A DNA stretch of 64,000 nucleotides from Tubulanus polymorphus (taxonomy: Eukaryota; Animalia; Nemertea). This document shows, piece by piece, positions 55,081 to 64,000 of this stretch. Position 1 is the stretch's first letter; the number at the start of each line of letters is the position of its first letter. The stretch spans positions 3,720,001 through 3,784,000 of the forward strand of contig NC_134031.1 in NCBI RefSeq assembly GCF_964204645.1. The letters are read 5' to 3'. The notes under the pieces were generated by a model, which saw only the letters and a list, made by a program, of their open reading frames with translations, had not been told where the DNA came from and ran no database searches. A program made the position numbers and the translations under genes.

Positions 55081-56684
55081 TCATGAATATGTAGGATCAG
55101 CAAATATTCGCTGCCAAAATGCTCATTTCAGTAGACACAAAATTTTCAACTTTCTTTTGACTGAAGAAAATGCTACAAACATTCATGCAGGAATTACTCC
55201 GCTGTCTGAGCCTGACCCGATAAGATCTTCGATACTTTCATCAATCTTCTTCCGATTTTTCATTGTTCAGGTTACATACGTTTTCAAGACCCCAAACGAG
55301 ACATCTTTAATCGGAAAAAAAACGAACTAGAAATACCAGACATTTCATGACATCACACTTTCAAACAGTGGTGCCCAGGAAGCAGACTAATACCTGCATA
55401 AACGAGATTTCATATCGTCAATTACTGTACAATTTGAACAATTCGCAAATTCAGTTTTTTTTCTACACATTATCCGACTAATAATAATAATAATAATACT
55501 ATTTACAAATATCTACATATCACAGGCGCGGAAGAAAAAAAATTCATCTCCGCAAAATATCGTTACAAATCATGATTCTGCAATTTGGTGAATACAGTAG
55601 GTACAAAATGAAACTATCAGTGTTTGTTAAGTCTCAGAAAAAAATTCTCAAAATTCACCATCAGCCTTGCCTTGGGAAAATTAAAACTATAAGAACTATG
55701 TTAAAAGGCCTCAATATTTGAAAACTCAAATGACTTAAACTAACGCGAGGCCCTAAAATAGTCGTAACTACAAACTTTCAACTGACTGAAAACTGATGAA
55801 ATGCATTTCTTCATAGAAGAAATAACATTAACTATGATACAGTGTAACACGAGAGGTAACAACTACGAGTATAAGAATTTTCAATTCAGTTTTTTTACAT
55901 GGACAGATTTTTCCCTATAAATCAACCAGCTAAAGCCTTCTTCAAAGAAACAAATGCACATATTTCGAATGGAAAATTGCGTCGATTGGCGGGACTTACG
56001 TAGTCGGAAATTGAACAGATGTGACAGAACTGGCATGAAGTTGGCGGATGTTTTACCAATCCGCTTCAAAACAGATCGAATTCGATTATAAGTCTTGAAA
56101 ATTTCAATAAAATAACCAGAGAGACTGACGTTTTGAATCGGTATCTCTCGATGCATAACATTTGAGACCGATGAAATCAATCCCGTTCACGAGAAATCCA
56201 GATTAAACAGCTTATTTTACATATGTTTATGTATAAGTGGACCGAGTTAAATCCCGATTAGATCATAATCTGGATTTAGCGCTTACGACTGGAATTTATC
56301 ATCGAAGCAGAATTACGAGTTAGGTTTCCGAAATGACAATCTAACGTCTGACAGCACCAACAAGCAGATCGTGAACTGCCAGTTCCCGTTTTAAGTACGC
56401 AGTTAACTCCGCTCAAGTCGTATCCGATCGACTTAGGACATGAAATATCTGATGATCCTTTTTACGATTTATATCCAAAATATAGGTGGAATACCGTGAC
56501 TCCAGATAACCGGTGGTGGATCATTTTTTGAGGAATGACTTTTAAGCATTCAACTCAGATATCACTGAACATGGGCTCTAAGTTGGACACATGTTCGTGG
56601 TCGGAAAAGATCTGACTCGAGCGGAGACTACAGCATCACAGAGGAGGAGAAGGGGGAAATTATCTAAATGCAGTTGAGCGGGGG

Positions 56685-59600
56685 TTATCTACGATTCGAG
56701 TAACGGTCTTTCGATCGGTCGCCTCCGTGGCCGTTGTGTTTTTTCGACTTTCGTTTTTCGAACGCCGGCGACCGAGACCGCACGCCCGCGCCGCCCATAC
56801 CGTCGTATTTCGACACTTTCTCCTTGTAATACTTCTTATGCGAGCCGCCGCCGCGTCCCCCGTCCGGCGAGTAGGTCGGCGACCGGCTGCGACTTTTCGA
56901 GTACGACGAATGATGGCGTTTGTGTTTTTCTTTCAACGGGTAACGATCTTTCGAGCGCCGGTTCGTCGACGACGTCGTCGATTTTTTGTGGTGTTTCCGC
57001 GACGACGGCGAACGTCGTTTGTTGCGTTTCGGCGACGGGCTTCGACTGTAGCTGCGACTGCCGCTGCGGGACGTATACGACCTGAAATCGATAAAACGAG
57101 GAAATCAAAACCTTCGTTCATTCATCGTATACGCAACTTTTATTTGAAAACAATGGTAATAATAATTGACATTCATATAGGGCAAGAATCCGGAATTGAA
57201 TACCCTCATTCTTTCTAGAATTATTACCCCCCCCTTATATTTAACCAGTCTAAGACCTGCTTAGTTCTATAGCCAGTAATAGCTCAAGACCAGTCTGAAG
57301 ATCATGATCACTTTTGGAATAAACTCTAGACTTTGCAATTGGGCCCTGAGCTGCTAGAATCTATCATCATCTACCAGGCCAGATACCCATTTACTCCTGG
57401 GTGAGAGACAAGTGTCTTATCTCAAACCCATGCCTGCATGCCATCAGGCATGGAACTGAACTAAAGCATCAGGCATTGGACTGATGAATGTTTAAACCTT
57501 TCAGAATCTATCTATCTTCGATGAAATGAAGTTAGAGAGAAAATGAACGTTAATTACCCGCTCTTAAGAGCGTAAGCACGCGGAGCTGACCTTGAACGAC
57601 TTCGTCGCTTTTTATTGTTCTCGCGGTGATGAGGTTTCAAATTGGCGCTGAAAAATATCGAGAGAAAGAGAACGAAATGAAATCCTGGTAAGTGGCAGCG
57701 GCGGAGGAGATTGATAAGATGATGACTGTAGATGAACGTACCCGAAACTAGAGTTGGAATGCTCATCTTCGTCTTTGATTCGTTTGACACCGGCGTTCGA
57801 CACCGGAGAGCTGCCGTAATTCTTCTGAGGTGTATCTGAAAACAGAAAACCAACTATGTGTAATACAACAGTCTAACTCGCTGAAGTGTTCATCTTTTAA
57901 CCCTTTCAGTGCCGACTAATTAATACCCTATAGTGCTGGAGATAATTTGAATTTTTTTTTAAAATTCCACCCTAGTGTGTTGAATAGCGAGAATATCACT
58001 GTAGTGCGTCTACACCCCAGTGCGGTGTATCATTAGTTACTAGAATTTCACTATGTTTGACAGGTGCTGCTATTTTTCAAGAGCGATAATTACTAATTAC
58101 ATCAAGTAATTAGTACACTGCAGTACTAATTAGTACACATCAAGTAATTAGTACACTGTAGTACACTGCAGTGCAGTGTACTAGCAAAATCTATCACTTA
58201 GTATTTGTGAATCCGAAGTTCGATCACTTTGAAAGCGACGATATTGAAGTGAACTGACCTGGTTGTGAACTGGGAGTGCCGTCGCTTTTCATTTTCATCT
58301 TCGCTTCACTCTGAATCTTTTTAATATCGTTCACGGCTTTCTCCAGTAAGTCCATATTAGGCTAGAAACGCCGGAAAATATATCTTAGTTTCAAAATCCC
58401 GCCAACAGAGAAAATTAATTCACCGAGTTACTGAGGCTTAGATCAAGTTCAACTTGAGCGCAAAGTTCACATAACCAAATTGTGACTCATTTACCACTAT
58501 ATACAAAATTTGGACTGGGTGCACCCACAGTTTAAAACTAATGCGTAGGGAGGGTAAATATACCTTTGCTCTGGAGTAGAGTCGTAATATTGTTAAACAG
58601 ATTTCGGTAATGTCGGTTTCATCGGCATCAAATATCGCGTACCACGGCGGGTTACTCGGCAACGGCATCTACAACGACGCAACAAAGAAAGTATGATTAT
58701 TTCTGCAGGGTAAAAGTCCGGGACCCCATGATTTGTAAGAACCCTGATTATGGTGAGTTTAGCTATTGTATTATGACTTATATGTGATTTTCATCCACTG
58801 ACTAACAGTTCTGAATTCAAATTTGTCTGTTACCTGTATTTGCCGCGCGGCGAGGTGAATACAAGCGCAGGCTATCGTCTCCGGCGGATACCGCACAAAC
58901 ACGTTCGACCTTAAACTATCGTTCATATAGTTCCTGAAAAGGCGAAAACATCACGCATGAAATTAAAACATTCGGGGGCCGGTCAACGAGACCCTTCCCT
59001 AACCCTGATCCGCAAAAACAGATCAAATACATAATTGCAGGTATCAATCTGCTGCCTTGACCCTCCCCGCGTTCAGCTAGAGACATTTCTAAATGAACGA
59101 CAAAAGCTAGGCATTTTTATCGGTGCACTTGGGCACTCTAGGCGTCACCTGAGTTGAGGACCATACTCGAGGCAATTTTCAACGCAAGTGTACGACGAAC
59201 ACCGGACAGGTAATCAGCACACTTTTAAAAGAATAGCAAGCAGCAATCGCCAGAGGACTTCCAACTACAATCAGGTGAACCGTTAGAGGGTGGTTACAGG
59301 TCGCAGATTGATACCTCCAAACATTTCGTGCACTGGCCTCGGCGATCTATGTTCGTGTATATGTAGGATTGAGCTTTTTTCCAATTGTAACCACTCCTCC
59401 GCGTATGGGGGGGCACAATTTTATATATTACAACACGTAGTACTTTTCATGACCGAATAATAGGAGAGGTGATATTATACTTTACCGGTTCGTTGCGCGG
59501 TGATCCGATGATCTTATTTCCGGGTAAACAAGCATAACACACACGCGTACACATAAATAGAGAACATGATATCGACGTACAAACTAAACCGATATTAAAT

Positions 59601-62600
59601 ATTTGACGGCATTTTGTTGTCGGTTTTTTTTTAAAGGCAAAAAAACAAAATCGAAAGACACCACCACGACGGAACACAGCCATTTTTATAATCCCAATGA
59701 CTCCTGCCAGTCGCTAGCGATCTACGAAGCTGTCAGCCAGGAAGGTGGGCGACCAATCCATGCATCCATACTGCTGCTGCTGCTGCATACCTGCAATGTT
59801 CAGTCGATATACACTGGATTAAACGTTCTAATCTTCATACAACAATATAATAACTACGTAATTTATCACTGAGTTCACTTGGATTTTAGAGAGAGAGAGA
59901 GCAGCTTTCACAATCTTTAGTCTTTTCATTCTTTCTTTTTTTTTTAGTGTTTATAAGAACCCAGCCACACTGGTGGCCATTTAAATCTTAATAACATTAT
60001 TCTTTTTTTCAAGAGAATAACACTTTTCGAAGGCACGGCAGCCATTTTTGCCTCGACAATACAACGACGATATAATCCAACAGCAACACGGATTTTTATT
60101 CCTTCCTTTTTTTTCCATTTTCGAGTCCTAGTTGTCGTTTCGTACGTTGTTGCGGTCGGTCGGACTGCGGTGGCAGTGTAGTCGGCTGTGCCCGTTGTTT
60201 GTGTGTTCGCGTTGAGATCGACAGAGATAGAGAGACTCACCGGGCAGGTGATGTGCGTCATTCGATCAATCGTTCCTTTTTTGTCTACCCACCTAGCCTG
60301 GGTAGCAAAAAATAAAAAATACAGTGTTAATTGCGACATATAACAGCGTATAGCACACTGAAAACCAAGAAATTCATAGTCTTATTTATAACCCACAAAA
60401 TATCCGAATATTTAAAAACTAATTCCCTCCCTTTTGGAAGCTGGCAAATTTTCCTTTCAAGCCTTAAGTATTGTAAGACGCTAAGATAACATATTTTGAG
60501 AATAAGAAATTCAACTTCTTCAACCGAAGTGAACAAACCCTTGGTTTCATGTTTACTAAGGAGCCTGGTTTCGTAGACTGGGATTACACCCAATGATAAA
60601 TTCTGAATCTGAACATAAATCTGGTTAAAAAATATCACCGGATTACAAACTCTCTTTCTACCGGTCGCTTCTAACGGATTATGCTATTTCCGAATAGGTA
60701 CGGCGTAATTTTGTCGAGAATGCGCAGAAACCAATCCAGGCCTGCCTGAAATTCGTTGTCCGTTACAACGTTCATATTTATCGCTTCCAAATATCCCGAC
60801 GACTTAATTAGCTCCCGAACATCTTCGAAACTGGGCCCAGGAATTATTCATGATTGTGACAGTATGACCGGCGCGTCATGTTTGCCTATTTATGAAAACT
60901 GAAGAAGGTCCTAAAATGAGATGTGTCGGTTATCGTCGATCATCAATGAGATACGTGTACAGGTGTACTCACCAAATAATATCGCCAAAAATTCAAACAA
61001 AAAATTTACTACAATTAGCAAAATTCTCCAACCCTACATATACTCGCATAGAAATGTGCCGTGCATTTTTTTCCATTATGTTGGGTAATTCACGCGAACG
61101 CAAATAGTATTTGAAGTATTGCGCGACTTTAAAAATGGATCATTCGCCGTCAAAATCCTGAACCGAATAAAGTAAAAAACCCGCTTAATCCGGACGATTT
61201 GGGACCAACAAGAGAAATCAGGATTTTACATACATTTATGTAAGATGAATCATATAACATCAAAATCCAGATTAAACCGATCCAAATTAAGCGGGTCCAA
61301 TTAGAATTTTGAAATTTACTACTAAAGCGAAGTACAATCGCGTTAAGTTAAAACTGATCGATAATCAACGGATTTTACAACTTCAATAAACAGGCCAAGA
61401 TTGAAACGGCGAATGATTTTAAAGTTGAGAGCCGCTTAGTTCTCAGTTCATGCGCGTATAATTCGACTTTGTCTTTTCTCTTTCTTTACAAGTCACTTTC
61501 TCAAGGAGGGCCTCAAACCCCGGATCATCCAAACAACCTTCAATATCGCTTCGAATGGTTCCATAATTTGGATAATACGGCGTTTAAAAGTCGAAGTTAT
61601 ACGGGTTTCCCCCCAGATCGCCATTCATTGAATTCGAATCAAAATTTCATCGCAAAATTCCAGTGCTAGCTAATTTTCCAATCAACGCTGCTTGATGAAG
61701 ATATATCTGACCCTGAAATACTGAGACATCTCGGCAGCAGCGCAAACGCAACAGACCCGCGCGCGCATGAACTGAATGAACTCACGCGGCTTCCGGTTAA
61801 AGAGATGGCGTAAAAACACTTACCACGCTAGTTGCACGAGACCCTGGTTCTGCTCGCACTCGAGAACTTGTAAGAACATGACTATAATCTAAAATAGAAA
61901 TGGCTTCCACATTGAAATATATTGAACAAGTGACTGAGGACGGACGGACGACCGCTTAGCGCCGTTACAACGCAGGATTGGTATCGTTTCTTAGAGGAAG
62001 AGATAGCGAAATACTCAGGGTTGTATCATATTTAAATAATTTGAGAATCTCAATTGATAAAAGGATGAAAATCAAATGGGAAAACCGACGCAAATTCATA
62101 ATTGATTAGTGATATTTCGAAGAATAATCATTTTAGATCAATCCATAAAATAAGACCTGCAGAATTTTAAGTCTTTCAATCTGCATATCAATCTGTGCTG
62201 TCCTTGCGAAGAAATCCTATGTTTCGAGAAACTTAAGAAATTAAAAGGAAGCCTAGAAACAGAATGAACAGATAACTCATTTGTCATTTTTGTAACCCGA
62301 AATATATGCTAGTTTTATCTAACAGAAAATTCTCTTACTACTGCCAGGCATTTTACTAGCCATTTGCAGATGCGACTCAAGTCCATAAGTGGTCTTAAAT
62401 CTTAAAGTTGACATCAAGTTGTTTGATTGGCTATAGAACATAAGAATCTTAGTTCTTACAGATAAGCTCGCGCGAGACTGGTCTTAATCAAAGCCTTAAC
62501 AGTGCAACTAGACCAGGAGCCGATTTCATAGACTGGGTATTAACTTAGCCCCAGGAATGACTCAGTGTCTTAGTTCAAACTGCGGAAAATGGATCTAACT

Positions 62601-62956
62601 TTTAAGTTAAATCTAATGCATTTAAATCAACAAGGTTGCCGCCGCCATGTTTGTTTCTTCCCAATTGCTACTACGAGCTATCTATGTAACAGTGAATACG
62701 AAGGATCAGCTAAGAAATAACTTGTAGTAGAAATGATGGCAGAACCGAGTGTAGGAGATCCCCTAGTCAACAGCGAACGTGTTGATAATTTACACAGTCT
62801 ATAAAACCAGCGTTCAAGTGACCGAGACAACTCACCTTATGCGGGTGTTTGACGTGAACGCAGAAGCCGAGTTCCTTCAGCAGACGACGTTCGGCTTTGA
62901 TCACCTGATTTTTCAGATTGATGTAATTCGAATCGAGAATTAACGGGTGAATTTTC
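56685..62956 (-). CDS. CCNL1: Cyclin L (CCNL1/2 ortholog), last 8 coding exons; 5' exons right of the window
   Basis: Exons 62956-62836 ([21 protein letters not shown]), 61888-61824 ([16 protein letters not shown]), 58933-58834 ([25 protein letters not shown]), 58668-58564, 58361-58259, 57835-57742, 57647-57558 and 57081-56685 (RS domain). Confidence 0.96.
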
Positions 62957-63485
62957 CTGCGAAAAAAACACAACATGCAACAACATATTTAATACACGAA
63001 CGGGAATTTATAAACAATAGCGATGACGGGAGACATCGATTTCGGAGAGAAATCAGCGTTCTTTCTTTCTTTCTTTACCGCATCTGGTATCGGATCAGAA
63101 CCAGAGACAAAAATCAACTGCAAGAAAACTGGGCAATCTCCAGAACTTAAGACGCATTGATATTACAACAAATGCTCTGTTTAACCCTCCTGCAATAATT
63201 CGCCTGAAGACATTCCGAAATAATTTTGACCATCCAGACGTCACATGCCTTTTTGAAACTTAACCCAGACACTGAACTCATGTGAAACCTGGACAAAACA
63301 AAAATTGGATGAATGGAAAGTATCTAATGATCTTGAACTCGGAACTTATTTCTGCACTACGGTTGTGTGTTAAGATTTGTAGCAAGGGTGAACGCATCAG
63401 AAATGACCAAATTCAACAGTGGTCAAATTTACCCATGAAATCCGGAAATGGGTCCAGGTACTCGGACTTGTAGTCTAAGGTTATG

Positions 63486-63609
63486 GGACCAGTTGCTCAT
63501 AAATTGGTTAAAGATAATCAGTCGATAAATACCATTGTAACAATGAACCTTTAGTTGTCACTAGGTCATCTACTGGTTAACTCTAACCAACTTTTAAACA
63601 ACTGGCCCC
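63486..63609. mobile_element. MITE with GGGACCAGTTG / CAACTGGCCCC termini
   Basis: TIRs CCAGTTGCTCATAAATTGGTTA / TAACCAACTTTTAAACAACTGG. A related fragment lies at about 42530-42570. Confidence 0.65.
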
Positions 63610-64000
63610 AGGTGTTCTTTACGACTATGAAGGCTGATGGGTCATCAGGTGTAGGGTTCATACTGCGTTTCAAAGTTGACAGCCGGCTCTACGAGGTCGA
63701 TTCAACCTTTGCAGTAGGAATTACGCGTTTCAAATCAAATCGATTTCACACTCTCTAGATACAAACCATAAAGCGAGGCATCATCATCATCATCAAACTG
63801 ATGACAGAGTTGAACCTCACCGTACCAGTGTCTCTTCACCCGAGGCTACAGAGGCGGCAAAGAAAGAAAAAATCACACCATCAATTTCCAGAAAATAAAG
63901 CACACCATCGTTTTCTCAATAAGCCTACTACAGTTTTACAATAATGATGGTGGGTCCAGACATGTGTAAGTCTTAAATTCTGAAAGATCCTTGCACTAAA

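Noticed and set aside
58975-59420. Telomerase RNA on + (template-like CCCTAACCCTGA at about 58997, ACA at about 59415)
   Set aside because: I could not find a U-rich triple-helix pseudoknot, a P6.1 loop or an H box, and it is antisense inside a cyclin L intron. An Infernal search with a metazoan TR model would settle it.

Overview
Gene-dense eukaryotic DNA from an invertebrate bilaterian (GT-AG introns, short intergenic gaps; species not determinable from the window). Hand-assembled gene order: HS2ST1-like first coding exon (-, with an apparent >10 kb first intron running off the left edge), ANAPC2 (-), RNF26-like (+), KDM8/JMJD5 (-), RPL28 (-), RANGRF/MOG1 (+), MRPS22 (-), CFAP107/C1orf158 (+, two large introns), a ~6 kb non-coding interval, and the 3' part of cyclin L (-). 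There are three head-to-head gene pairs, several MITE families and four minisatellites. The most notable observation is in the non-coding interval. It has three related sites (52640-53204) complementary to the bilaterian microRNA miR-184. Two have a perfect seed match, a central loop and extensive 3' pairing, which is the architecture of target-directed miRNA degradation (TDMD) triggers. They may lie in an unannotated + strand lncRNA or an extended 3' UTR. Other candidates: stop-codon (poison) cassette exons and a long-range RNA duplex in cyclin L introns, H/ACA-like RNAs in RPL28 introns, hidden in-frame 5' exons of KDM8, and a minimal uORF overlapping the HS2ST start codon. Gene and miRNA identities rest on remembered reference sequences; no database search was run.
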